DNA of 63,330 bases, the filler included, from Hyphochytrium catenoides (lineage: Eukaryota > Protista > Hyphochytriomycota): NCBI GenBank assembly GCA_900088475.1. It is 10 parts of 10 records of this genome, joined end to end, with 100 filler letters (N's around TTAATTAATTAA, not from the genome) between each part and the next. Parts side by side here need not be neighbours in the genome. Positions count along the whole stretch, not along the records: positions 1,658 to 18,760 come from FLMG01002696.1; positions 18,861 to 36,843 come from FLMG01004195.1; 8 more parts are not named here. One strand, 5' to 3'. A program made the position numbers and the translations under genes. This document shows, piece after piece, positions 13,826-25,469 of this stretch. Every line of letters starts with the position of its first letter. The stretch's first letter is position 1. The notes below the pieces were generated by a model, which was given only the letters and a program-made list of their open reading frames with translations, was not told the DNA's origin and made no database searches.

Positions 13826-16258
13826 TTACTCTGCCTCCTGACCACCTCTCTCCTTTACGTAGCAGGTCTCAAACTCAATTTCTGACGCCACCATGACCAG
13901 CTGGTTGGGTCGATGCAGCAGACTGAAGACGCTGCGCGCACTGTTAAACATCAAGGTGCCTAGAGTATCTAGGACCAGACTCAGTGGAGAGCGAATGATC
14001 CGCTGCAAGGGAGGAGAGGCAGCTGTTGACTGAACCTGGAGACCATTGACTAGCTCATGTTCTGACGACTTGGTTCCCAGGTTCTTGAGGACCACAAAGT
14101 AAACAACCCAGCTGACCTTCACCGCTAATAATGACAGGAAGTACCGAAGAAGCCACTTCTGTCGCACTGCCACTGGTTGAATGAGAGCGTCTTGGACGAG
14201 GAAAGCAGAGACAACGGTGGCAATGGTTGAGAGAAGCAGTAGGTACCTAAGGGCAAGAGAAGATAAGCATGACACTTCTTCCTAGAGTCAAGCAAGGAGA
14301 AGAATATTGATGAGGAAAAGCTTGATAGGCTGCAGCTTACCTTCCGTCCCACTGAAGAAGAAGCCCTCCAAACACTGAAAGTTGCACGGAAGCGAGAGAT
14401 ATGGTGAGGAACTCGAAAGAGTGGCTCACAAGAGAAAGAAGCTTCGTGGAGCTGCGCAGGAGGAGAACCGCGTTCACAGCAACATTAAAAGTGAGGAAGA
14501 GAACGTCCCAGGCCAACGTAGCATTCAGAGTTCGTAGCAGGGCATGAAGAAGCAGGGCAACAATCGTTCCAGCAGAGAGCGCAGAGTTCTCCAGCCACCG
14601 GGCTGCTTGTTTTTTCCTCTGCCCGTCCTTTTCCTCCCGCCGGGTACGATATTGTCCAGAGTCCAAGGCATCTTTTGCCTTCGACCGATTCTGAGGCGCT
14701 ACCTTGTCGTTAGATCGCGCATAGATTATTCTTCTTCTCAGGCAGTGGCTAAGGGTATCATCTTTCTCCACAGTCAGGGTGGTTAACAATGGTCTGAGTA
14801 CGAAGGCCTTGCGATAGCCCTCTCGCCTGTCAGACCCAAAGAGTGGAAGAGATGGCAGTATTATTAGTGGATACATTCTCACTGTCGTCGAACGGAGGAA
14901 GGAGAGATTGCGAACAAGCGAGGAGGTATTGCGTCTAGATTAGAGAAAGAGAGAAGCCGTTGCGGCTCTTTGTGATGGCAGAAGATCGAGCATGGGAAGA
15001 AAGAGTGGTGGGACTCCTTACTACCTAGTTCTGCTGATAAGCGCAGCGCCAGTTCCCGCAGTATCATGCCCAACTTCACCGCCGAGGATTGTCTGCGCTG
15101 CACCTGCATCTTTCAATTGGACTGGCCATCTCATGACAGTAAAGCGCGCGGCGCTCGGTCGCTTGGCACCTTTCCAAACCATGGCAGTGTACCGCCGGAG
15201 CAGCTGCAACATTAGAACGCCCATGGTCGCCATAGAATCAGCCGCCACTAACCATGGGCGGAGAGGAACATTGAAGACCACGAGCTCAAGCTGCTGCAGG
15301 TCTGGTGAGGTGTTCGAGTAGAGTGAACCTGCAAGCCTAGGAGGGCAACAGGGACAGCCAGCAGTCTTCATCAGTATTCAGGCTAAAGGACGAACAGAAG
15401 AGGAACTCTTTTGACATCATTAAGAGTGGGAGGAGACAAACGGCTTTACCAGAGCAGATAGAAGCCAGCGAACAAGCTGCCGCAAACTACTATCAGTGTT
15501 GCCGCCTTCGACGCCGCGATCTGGGGCGTGGCGTCCACAATGAAGATTGTGAAGATGCCGGAGATGGAACCTGTGATCAGTGCCGCGGACCGCGTGAAGT
15601 CTCTCCGGACGAAACCCTCATAGAGCATGAAATGCAGCAGAGGAGCAATGGAGTGGAAGACGAAGAACCAGCCCTGAAATTGCCTGAACAGTGTCTTCAA
15701 GAGGCGAACATGGGCTTCTGAGCAGAGAGATGTACCATAAAGGCCGAGAAGAATGGCGCTACAAGCCCTTAGACCCTGTGTTCCCCCGCCATAGAGCATC
15801 AAAGTGAACATCAACAGCCCAAGCGTCAAGGAGAGTCCGACCAAAGCTGTATACAAGCCTGACTGCCTTAGCGCACTATACCACGCCAGCAAGACTGAGG
15901 GGAGAGCAGCAATGGCAATAGTTTCTCTGGGGTTGAGCGCCGCGGGTAGGTAGTCTGGCACTGGCGAGATGGTCCAGCAGGACCCTACTACTACGGCCAT
16001 GATGATCAACAGAGAAGCCCCAGTCACCTGCCACGACTCGCAGTCATGCTGATGATGATGGAGAAGGGCAGGAAGAAGCTATAGAAGAGAGACAGAAAGG
16101 ACGCCAGCGCGTGCCAGATCTTGATAATGATGAGTCTTCTCCTTGTTCACCCCTGGGCTGCTGCTGCTGCCAGGCACTTGGTCTTTGAGGAGGAGGCGGG
16201 CGGCGTGCGCTGTGTCTCTTCTCCATGCACCTTCTTCTCCTCCTCCTCGCTGCTCCAT
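13826..16258 (-). CDS. Multi-pass membrane protein of unknown function with two similar modules
   Basis: Four hydrophobic ORFs splice in frame through phase-2 GT-AG introns: exons 16027-15450, 15336-15025, 14826-14341 and 14246-13826. The first exon (ATG 16258) is tentative, and the 3' end could be the stop at 13826 or a donor at 13829. Confidence 0.6.
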
Positions 16259-16700
16259 AGCTAATAGGAGGAGACAAGACTGAGGAGGGAGGAGAGTCCA
16301 TCCAAGCAGTAGTGCAGACTCTTTCTTTATCTCTTTCCTCTTTTCTCTGTTGCAGCGGCAGCAGCATCCATTGTGACGTCTGTGTAACGGATGCTGATAC
16401 ATTATCTTAGGGATGGTTTCCTACTCTGTCTGTTAGTCTTGAGGGAAGGTGGGGGGGGAAGGGGCCTCCTTCCTTTCAGAATCACGTCCTGTATTTCAGG
16501 AACTGTACGGTAAAGCCCGTCTGGATTCAGGAGCTGTCGAGTAACATTTATAATATGGGGAGGGTTTGGTTGTTTGGTTGGTCGAAGGGGAGGTGTGGGG
16601 GGTGCTTTGGGAGAGGGGGGCGTGTGGGGGGCTTCCTCTAGGGTTTCACTGCATAGATTCTTCTTCCTCTCTACAGGTACAGAGGGGTAATAACAGTAAA

Positions 16701-17082
16701 TAAGGGTTGTGCCACTATTTTGCCCAACCTAAGCAAGAGTAATTGGCGTCTGTTCCTACGACACCCCATGGACAAACCGTCTTGAGATCTGCTAGCCCTA
16801 AAGTTCAGGGGCAACATAATTTCAGGGGCACCTTCTAACTCCCAGCCGTCGAGGAGTTATGTCTACAATGGTGAAAGCTGTTTTTCTCCTCTCAAAAGAG
16901 CTGCTACTGTTTCGCCCATGAAGGACATTAGCACAGGATATTGTGACCTTTCAACTCTTTCATAGCTGGAGTAGTGCTCAGGCACACTGGATTCCCCCCA
17001 ACTTACACGTACTCGTAGTAGAGCAATATGTTAGGGGTGAGCATAATTGTAGCAGGGCAAAAAATGATGGCACAGCCCTTTA
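16701..17082. mobile_element. Putative MITE (~380 bp) with imperfect ~25-bp terminal inverted repeats
   Basis: AAGGGTTGTGCCACTATTTTGCCC (16702-16725) is an imperfect reverse complement of GGGCAAAAAATGATGGCACAGCCCTT (17055-17080). TA lies at or next to both ends, and there is no internal ORF. Confidence 0.5.
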
Positions 17083-17535
17083 GTTAAGCAGCAAGCCGGC
17101 TGTCGCGGTGCCGGTGTCGTCCTTGGCCGCCTTTTATTGAGAACTAAGGAAAAGTGTGTTGCGTGTGGTTTGGGGATATCGTGGTTCGCTGGGGAACCAG
17201 CGGATTATGGATCAACTTCGTTCTAAAGCTATTAGTTTATGGTCTAGTTTGGTCACTTTAAATCCCCTCAAGTTGCAAGGCTTCTCCTTCTCTTACAGTT
17301 TCAGTGGCAGGACTTTTCATTCTCCTTGCGCCTTTGGTGGTGGTGGGGCGGGCTTTGGCTGAGGGAGAATTTGCGCACTAATACTAGCTTGCAACCACAC
17401 TAATTATTTATAAAAGGTTGGAAGCCGCTATTAGTGCGGTGTGTGGAGCTTGTAGTGCGAGTCATGCGGGTCTCCAGGCTCGATAGCAGCTCTTCCTAGT
17501 GAGGGACCGAGTGTCCCATCATTCTGGGGCCTACT

Positions 17536-17597
17536 TAGCGGTAATTTTTGTTGAGGAGTGCTGGGTAGCGGTAATTTTTGTTGAGGAGTGCTGGGTA
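17536..17597. repeat. Perfect 30-bp tandem duplication
   Basis: TAGCGGTAATTTTTGTTGAGGAGTGCTGGG occurs twice in tandem. Confidence 0.9.
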
Positions 17598-17933
17598 TTA
17601 GTAAGTGTTCCTAGGAGTGGGTGGTGAGATGATGATGAGGGAGCAGTATATGAGAGGATAACAACACATATCCAGCGCTGTAATGCACAGATGGTGCGCA
17701 ATCGCCTTCCTTTGCCACGGGCAATTCGCGAGGATGTTCTACAGCAACAGCAACAACTGCAGCAGATCCGGCGATGGAGGAGAGGTGGAGCCGCAGTTCA
17801 GAGGTTTTAGTATAGACCTTAAGAGCTGGTACGTTTATTAACAGTAGGGTAGTATAGAGATTTGTAGTAGTACTCTTTTTTAATGCTTTCTAGTAGTAAG
17901 TTTCTAAAAGTGGTCAATAAAAAGTAGATAATG

Positions 17934-17981
17934 ACTGGAAGATTGAAGTATGTTGCCGCAACATTACTTCAACCTTCCAGT
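17934..17981. repeat. Near-perfect palindrome/hairpin, ~23-bp stem
   Basis: ACTGGAAGATTGAAGTATGTTGC-C-GCAACATTACTTCAACCTTCCAGT, with one mismatch and one bulge. Confidence 0.85.
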
Positions 17982-17999
17982 TCCTTCTCGTACTGTATA

Positions 18000-18256
18000 C
18001 AGTCGACTACCCGGTTGAGTTTACACGGGGTTGAGTTGTCACCCGGTGCCGTTGACATATTTTGGCTGGAACCATCTCATACTTCTACGTTCTGAAAAAG
18101 TATGGCTTTATTGCGGGGAATGAGTTCCCACGGCGTGAACATGCGAAAAGCAGCAAAAAGACATGTTTTGACGTCCTCTTCCTCCTGAGTGGTCACCCAC
18201 TTGAGTTGACAAAATTGGTCGGAAACGGCATGACAACTCAACCGGGTGGTCTACTG
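18000..18256. mobile_element. Tc1/mariner-pogo-type MITE (257 bp) with TA target-site duplication
   Basis: TA|CAGTCGACTACCCGGTTGAGTT ... AACTCAACCGGGTGGTCTACTG|TA gives 22-bp TIRs with 2 mismatches and CAGT termini. TTGAGTTG motifs recur internally. Confidence 0.8.
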
Positions 18257-18760
18257 TATACTAGTAGGCGTGAGTCTGTATAATAGCGTCTCGTCGCAGA
18301 TGCGATATGATGTGGGGTTGGAGTCGGTGTGAGAAGAGATGATGGTCCTTTTGTGGTTATCGAGAGGCGGCCGGTCCGTGACATGGCAATTATGGCTCTG
18401 AGTTCCGGCGAGGGATGCATCTTCTACTGTTTTGACGTTCTCTAAAGTAATAAGTTGAGACGATCTAAGTGATGATGATAAAGGCTGGCGTTTGGTTGGA
18501 TGGCAGCACAGTATTGGCTGTATCGACTGTTCGGCGATATGAATGGAGGAGGGAGCCTTCCGGCGGGATCTTGCGGCCGCCGGCGGTTGGGAAGATGATA
18601 GTCTTTCTTATGGGCGTAGTTGGTCGTGAAGAAGGGATGAGGATGGTGGGGTGTGGTTTCTTGTTGAAAAGGTTCTGGTTGTTGGCGTGGTTCTGGTGCA
18701 GTGTCGGCGGGTGCTGGAGGCTGGAAGAGAGGGAACGAGATGGGGGAGGTCCTCGTCCTC

Positions 18761-18860
18761 NNNNNNNNNNNNNNNNNNNNNNNNNNNNNNNNNNNNNNNN
18801 NNNNTTAATTAATTAANNNNNNNNNNNNNNNNNNNNNNNNNNNNNNNNNNNNNNNNNNNN
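18761..18860. other. Artificial contig spacer
   Basis: N44-TTAATTAATTAA-N44. Confidence 0.97.
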
Positions 18861-21841
18861 TGCACATAGACTGCTGAAGCCTTGGGAGAGAGAAAAGAGA
18901 GAGAGAGCGAGAGAGAGAGGAACGCGATATTTATGAGAGACGTACAAACCGAAGGTCAAAGAGATCAGAGAGAGAACAGTGGACCTTAGCTTGGAGAATG
19001 TTCTCCCAGAGACAGAAAGAGAGATCTAAAGAGAAGAGAGAGAGAGAAAAAGAGAGAGAGGAGAGGAGATGGAAAGAACAACCCTCCTTCCCCCACTGAA
19101 TTTCTCTCTCTTCGTCCGTCTCTCCTATACTTTAACCTAATCTTTGCTCTTCTCTCTCTGTTTTCCTCTCTTCATTCCCCTTTTCTCTTACTGAAAATCA
19201 GGTCTTTCCTGGCGCTGAGCTCCACAAACCGCAGAGCCAAGAGAAGCGTGTCCGGGGTCAGGAGCTGAGAGGCCCCATGAGGAACCACACAGAGAAGCAA
19301 GAGAGACGATATGAGAGGGAAAGGCGGGAGAGAGAGAGAGAGGATGAAGAGAGAGAGAGAGGATAAGAGAGAGAGAGAGAGGATGAAGAGAGAGAGAGGA
19401 GGGAGAGAGAGAGGAGAGAGAGAGACAGCAAGAGAGAGTGAAAGAGAGAGCGAGAGAGAAAGTGGGGCGGAGAGTGTGTGAGAGAGAGAGAGAGAGAAAG
19501 GGGAGAGCGGAGAAAGGAAAGAGAAAGAAAGAAAAATTGGGGAACTAGGGGGGACGAGAGAAAGAGAGTATGAGGTAGAAGAGAGAGGAGTAGGAGAGAG
19601 TCCTTTCTACCTGATGCAATCCATTTTGTCTGTATGGGACAAAGAGGAAGTGCCCCCGCAACTAATTGGAGAGGGAGAGAATCAAAGAAAGAGAGAGAGG
19701 CAAAGAAACAAGTAGGAGAGAGAGAGAGGAGAAGAGACAATAATGAGAAAGAGAGGAGGACAAAGATGAAGTGCAAAGGAAAGAAGTACAGGTTTAAGAG
19801 TAATAGTGAACGCTTTGGCCTGAAAGGGGAGAAGGAGGAGAGAGACGGAGGACCGACCATACATTACGGCAAACATAAAGGGGAAGAAACGAGAGACAGA
19901 GAGAGAGAGAGAGAGAAGAAAAAAGTGCTAGGACAGAAGAAAGGCTGGAACCACGCGGTAGAGACAGCCATCAGAATCATACGCAGAGACAGGGGAAGAG
20001 AGGCAGCAGAAAAACAGAGAGAGAAAGAAAGAGATAGAGAAAGAAAGAGAAAGAGAGAGAGAGAGAGAGAGCATGGAAGGGTAAAGAAGCTACCATGGGG
20101 GAGAGATTCACGATAACGCAGTTCTGTGCCTTTTTTTCCTTTGCCTCCAAGACTCTGGGCTGGTCCGCAGAGAAATCAAGCCGGAACAGGATTTCGTCGT
20201 CACTAAGGAGCAGGAGGACAACGAGAGAGAGAGGAAGAGAAGAGAAAGAGAGAGAGAGAGAGAAGAGATGATGTCATGGCGAGACCCAACAAAGGGTTGA
20301 AATACAGAGAAAGAGTAGGGAGAGGGAAGAGCGATACACCGAAGAGAAGAGAGTGGAACATGTGTCTGCCCGAGGACGGGAAGAGAAGAAGAATGAAAGA
20401 AAAATAGAAGTGAAGGAAGGTTGCAGACAGAGAGAGCGAGACAGAGAGAAGGAAGAACAGAGAGAGAGAGAATAAAAACCAGAGAAGGAGAGAGACTAAC
20501 TTTATCTTTGTAAAGTTGAAGTCTGCGGGGTTGAAAGGCATCTGCAGAGAGCGCGCCTGCACCCCGGGACGTTTCTGATAATATCATTAATGGAAGAGAG
20601 AGAGAGTGGAAAGAGAGAGAAGAATGTAGGTGAGGACAAGGTTGAAAGAGGAAGAAAAGAAAAAGAGGGGGAGGGGGAAGGCAAAAGGGCAGGCGGTTGA
20701 AAGAGAACGAGGCGATTGGCAAGAGAGAGAGAGCAAGACAGAGAAAGAGAGAAAGAGAGGGAGAGAGAGAGAGAGAGATGAGCTGTAGAAGGGCGATGAG
20801 GAATGCTACATTCTTCCTACGCAAGAGGATCGACGAAGAGAGAAACCTTAAAGAGATGTCAAAGAAGTAGTCGGGGAGTGGCAGAAAGAGGGGAGAGAAA
20901 GAGAGGGAGGCGGAGGTGGGGACAGATTTGGAGAGAAAGAGAAGAGAAGGAGTGAGGGGCAACTGAATTAGCACAAGCTTTCAAAGAAAGAAGGCGATGC
21001 CGGTTAAATCGACCAGAGGTGAACGGGCCAAGGCCACGCAAAGCATAGCTTTAGAAAGAGAAGCAGACAGAGAGAGCGAGAGAGAGAGAGAGAAAGAGAG
21101 AAAGAGAGAAAGAGAGAGAAGTCACAGAATTCTCACTGTTGACACTTGTGTCTCATCATACTGGACAATGAAGGCATGACCACCTGATGAGACGGGAAAG
21201 AGTGAAAGAAGGTAACAAAGGCAGCGTAAAGAATATAGTGGAGAAGAGATTGGGAAGCGAGAGAGAGAAAGAGAGAGAGAAAAAAACAAATAGAGAACAA
21301 GGAAAGCCAGAGGGAGAGAGCGAGAAAGAGAGAGAGGCGGTCAAGACAAGGTAAGATCGGTACCTTCAACGGTCCGCCGGCGCACCTTCTTCACATCACA
21401 GCGCAGAATGCCTATAAGTCGGAAGGAAAGGGAGAGAGGAGAAAGGAAAATTCAATTTTTAAAGAGAGAGAGAAAGGGAAAGAGAAGAGAGAAGCTGAGA
21501 GGGGAACCGGAGAGACAGAGGAAGCCAAGCGTTCGTCTCTCAGCGCGAAGGACGAAGAGAGAAACTCAGAGAGAAATTGGGCAACTAGAAAAAGGGAGAG
21601 AGAGAGTGAAGGAGAGAATAGGGGAGAGAGTGACCAGCAGGATAGTTAGAAGAACGATCGGCGCTTTGATAAGAAGCGAGAGAAGAGCGAGAGAGAGAGT
21701 GAAGGACAGAGAAAGAGAGAAATATGTGGACAGAGAGAGAGAGAGAGAGCGAGGGAGAGACAAATTGAAGTGGGGTTTGGAGAAGCGCGGACAACCTTGC
21801 TCTGCCTTCTGATCCCATAGAGAAAGAAGCTTCTCATCCAT
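18861..21841 (-). CDS. GDP-D-glucose phosphorylase 1 / GDP-L-galactose phosphorylase (GDPGP1/VTC2 family), 3' truncated by the contig end
   Basis: Small exons 21841-21796, 21411-21364, 21183-21137, 20574-20501, 20202-20094, 19661-19611, 19264-19192 and 18880-18861 splice in frame. They give MDEKLLSLWDQKAEQGILRCDVKKVRRRTVEGGHAFIVQYDETQVSTKRPGVQARSLQMPFNPADFNFTKINDDEILFRLD...NCVIVNLSPMLRGHFLFVP...QLLTPDTLLLAL...FSFSSLCA. This is collinear with the family motifs GLFRYDV, FVAQLN..R..KRP, FNFTK, INVSPI..GH and GYNSLGA. The 5' end may extend further. Confidence 0.82.
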
Positions 21842-22119
21842 GCTCTCTCTCTCTCTCTCTCTCTCTTCTCTTTCCTCTCCTTCCCTCCCCGTTTCCCTTC
21901 TCTTCCTTGACTGCCTGCCAGTCGGAAGTGCACTTTGCTCCTTTGCCGTTCTTCAGCTGGTGATCTGTCTCTTTCTCGGCTCTCTCCCTTTCTCTCCGTT
22001 TCTCTCCCTCCAGAGAAGAAAGAGGAGATAACGATGATGAAGCCTCGTGCTTGTCGGAGTACAGCTAGAAGAGTTATGATCTCTGTCTCTCTCTCCTCTC
22101 TCTAGGTCTCTCCCTCCGT

Positions 22120-22150
<31 letters not shown>

Positions 22151-23125
22151 GGCGCACGGTCGCTCACACGTCCTCTCCCTCTTTCCTCTCTCTCTCTTCT
22201 CTTTGTCTCTCTTTCCTTCTGTTTTCCTATTTTTTGGGTTGATGTGGGGGCAGAGCATCTCACAAGATTCACAGCATGTGGTATCCTGGGGAATGGGGTT
22301 TCAGTATTCTCGGTAAGATGCCTTTTCTTCGGATGCGTTCCTCAACCTCTTACTTCAATAGGCTCCAAGGTCCAGTCTGACATCAATTCTCGGATGGTAG
22401 GAATATTCAACTCCCGTTATGACTGTTTTTCAGGTACAAACCTAACAGGCCTCCAAGAAAAAGAGGAAGAGACACGCTGCTGCTCCTGTAACTCAAAAAG
22501 GCAGTAAACTCCTCTTTCTCTCGCTGTTTCTGTCTCTCTCTCTCTTCTCTCTCTCTCTCTCTCTCTCTCCCCCCCAAATTCTTTGTTCCTCTCTCTCTCT
22601 CTGTGTCTCTCTCTGTGTGTCTCTGTCTCTGTGTCTCTCTCTGAGCCTGTCTCTCTGTGTCTCTCTCTCTGTGTCTCCCCTTTTCTGTTTCTGCCTCTGT
22701 CTCTCTTTTTCTCTCTGTCTCTGTCTCTCTCCTGCTCTCTGTCTCTCTCTGTCTCTCTCTTTCTCTCTCTCTCTCTCTCCCTCTTTCTCTCTCTCTTCCT
22801 CGCCGCTCGCATCGTGTCTCCCTGTTCTGATACTCTTGGACATGACACTGAAGAAGATCATCACAGCTCGCTGAAGTGACGAGGAACAAAGGAAAGAGAA
22901 GAGAACCTAGGAGATGCCCAGTCTCTCTCTCTTCTCCGCCAACATTGCGTTTTTCTTCCTCGGCCCAGTGGTTATGTACAACCATTAGAATACTCTACAG
23001 ATCCCAACAACGGAGACAAAGCCGAGTGCCGTGAGGCCAAACTCTGGGAGAAAACCGAGATGTTGCTGGGAGACCAAGCGATAAGGATCCGCAGAGTCAG
23101 AACAAGAGAGAGAAAGAAGAGAGAG

Positions 23126-23166
<41 letters not shown>

Positions 23167-23181
23167 NNNNNNNNNNNNNNN

Positions 23182-23221
<40 letters not shown>

Positions 23222-23389
23222 TCTCTCTCTCTCTCTTCTTTCAAGATAGACTTATAAGACACAATCTCTCTTTCTTTGTCCTCCGTTTTGGGCCTTCCAG
23301 CCCTGTGCCGTGGAAGATGGTGACCTGGGGGACAGAGAAACAATGACATGCCTTCTTCCTCTCTCTTCTCGTCCTTCTCTCCCTTCCTT

Positions 23390-23497
23390 TTATTGTCCGA
23401 ATCTGTCTGCCTTGCTCAGAAACTCTCTCTCTTCCTCGGTGCTTTCTCTTCCCAACACCTCATTACGGTGAGGATACCGCCCGAACCGCTCAATAAC
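23390..23497 (-). CDS. Terminal exon of a DUF924-family protein
   Basis: After a TTGCAG acceptor the exon reads VIERFGRYPHRNEVLGRESTEEEREFLSKADRFGQ*, the DUF924 C-terminal signature FGRFPHRN..LGR.ST.EE..FL. Upstream exons were not found. Confidence 0.75.
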   Translation of the reverse strand, partial: VIERFGRYPHRNEVLGRESTEEEREFLSKADRFGQ

Positions 23498-23808
23498 CTG
23501 CAACGAGAGAGAGAGAGAGACAGAGAAAGAAAAGAGAGAGAGAGAGAAAGAAAAGAGAGAGAGACAGAAAAAGAAAAGAGACAGAGACGGGAAGGACAGA
23601 GAAAGAAAAGAGAGAGATAGAGAAAGAAAAGAGAGAGAGACAGAAAAAGAAAAGAGACAGAGAAGGGAAGGGTCAGGAGAGAGAACGTGACCTTATTTTG
23701 CCAGAGAGAGAGAGATCACGTGAGGGAGAAAGCGACATATAAGGAACATCAATAGAAAGATCAGACAACAAGAACGAAAAAGAGAAGAGGGAAGGGGAAT
23801 CGAGAGAC

Positions 23809-23849
<41 letters not shown>

Positions 23850-24196
23850 NNNNNNNNNNNNNNNNNNNNNNNNNNNNNNNNNNNNNNNNNNNNNNNNNNN
23901 NNNNNNNNNNNNNNNNNNNNNNNNNNNNNNNNNNNNNNNNNNNNNNNNNNNNNNNNNNNNNNNNNNNNNNNNNNNNNNNNNNNNNAGAGGTTAAAAAGAC
24001 GAAGGGCAGAGGGACGCGCCTTACGATAGAAAGATGTAAGAGGGAGAGATCAATACGTAGAACGATGTGACAGAGGGAGAAAAGGAGAGAGAAAGAAGAA
24101 TGGAAGGAGGGTTGAGCTTGATGCCAGAGACATGTAGGGGAAGATAGATAAACGCTAGAACAGAGAGGGGAGTGAGACACAGAGAGAGAGACAGAC

Positions 24197-24239
<43 letters not shown>

Positions 24240-24351
24240 AAGAGAGAGAGAGAGGAAAGAGACCAAAGAGGAAGAAAGAGAGGGAGGGGAGAGCGGTCAG
24301 GGCCGAAGGAGACTGAAGAGGAGAGAAGATGAAATAGTAGTGAGGCCACAC

Positions 24352-24443
24352 CTTCAGAGCTGTGATGGCCGTCGAAGGGTGGAGATGCCGCGACTGGATG
24401 AGTCTCATAAACACCTAGTAATAAAGCGGTAACACGGGAGAGA

Positions 24444-24526
<83 letters not shown>

Positions 24527-24948
24527 GAAGGAGAGAGAGGAAGGAGAGTGAGAGAGAGAGAGTGAGGTTCAAGGAGTGAAAGACAGCAAGACCGACAAAG
24601 CAAGAGAAGCTGCAAAGAGTGAAGCGAGAGAGACAAAGACAAAGAAAGCGAGAGACAAAGGGCTGACAGATGAGAAACAGACTGAAGAAAGGAATGGAGG
24701 AGGGAGGGGAGAGAGAAGAGGAGAGAGAGAAAGGGAACTAGAGGGAGAGAGCGAGACGGGAGAGAGAGAGAGAGGTAGCGGGGGTGAGAGAGAGAGAGAG
24801 AGACCTCATCGTAAATGTCAAAGACAGCTTCTGCATCTGCTTCTGAGATCTCTTTCTGGTCGCACATCTCCGTCAGCACAGTCGCCAGCGCTCTGCCAGC
24901 CTCACAGCGACGGAAATGATCCGCTTTGAACATCGAAGCGTGGTCCAT
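24352..24948 (-). CDS. TFIIA gamma subunit-like N-terminal helical domain, partial
   Basis: Exons 24948-24805 and 24414-24352 give FRRCEAGRALATVLTEMCDQKEISEADAEAVFDIYDEVFMRLI, resembling YR....G..L...LDEL.....I....A..VL..FD. The C-terminal barrel is not seen. Confidence 0.5.
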
Positions 24949-25469
24949 CTCTCTCTTCTATGTCTCTCTCTCTCTCTCTCTCTCCTGCCTCACTTATGTC
25001 CTTCTGTTTTCCTTTCTCTCTTCTTTCCTTGCGGTTTCTCAATCAAGAAGCTATGACGCTTGTCTCTGCCTCAAAGGGGAGAGAGAGAGACCTCAGANNN
25101 NNNNNNNNNNNNNNNNNNNNNNNNNNNNNNNNNNNNNAGAGAGAGAGAGAGAGAGAGGAAGAGGTTGGGGGACAAGAGGCAAGCTATGAAGAGACAGGAG
25201 CCTTAGTTGTATCCCTCGAACACCCTAAGATTGTCGCTTTATGAGCCACCATTCTATATTTCTACCTTTTATAAAATGCTTATGATATCGCTTTTACGAG
25301 ATGAAGGAAAGGATACCTCAAACATTAGCAACACTATCAAGAGAAGTGGCAGTTGCATTCCTGAGATTGTCGTAATATGTTATAGATTAATTCTGAAGAG
25401 ACAGGAGAGAGAGACACACACGGAGACGAGGCAGGAGAGGAACGGTCTCTTTCTGATCGTGATGGTGCA

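Noticed and set aside
23520-23671. ~75-bp tandem duplication inside a GA tract
   Set aside because: Ordinary slippage in low-complexity sequence.
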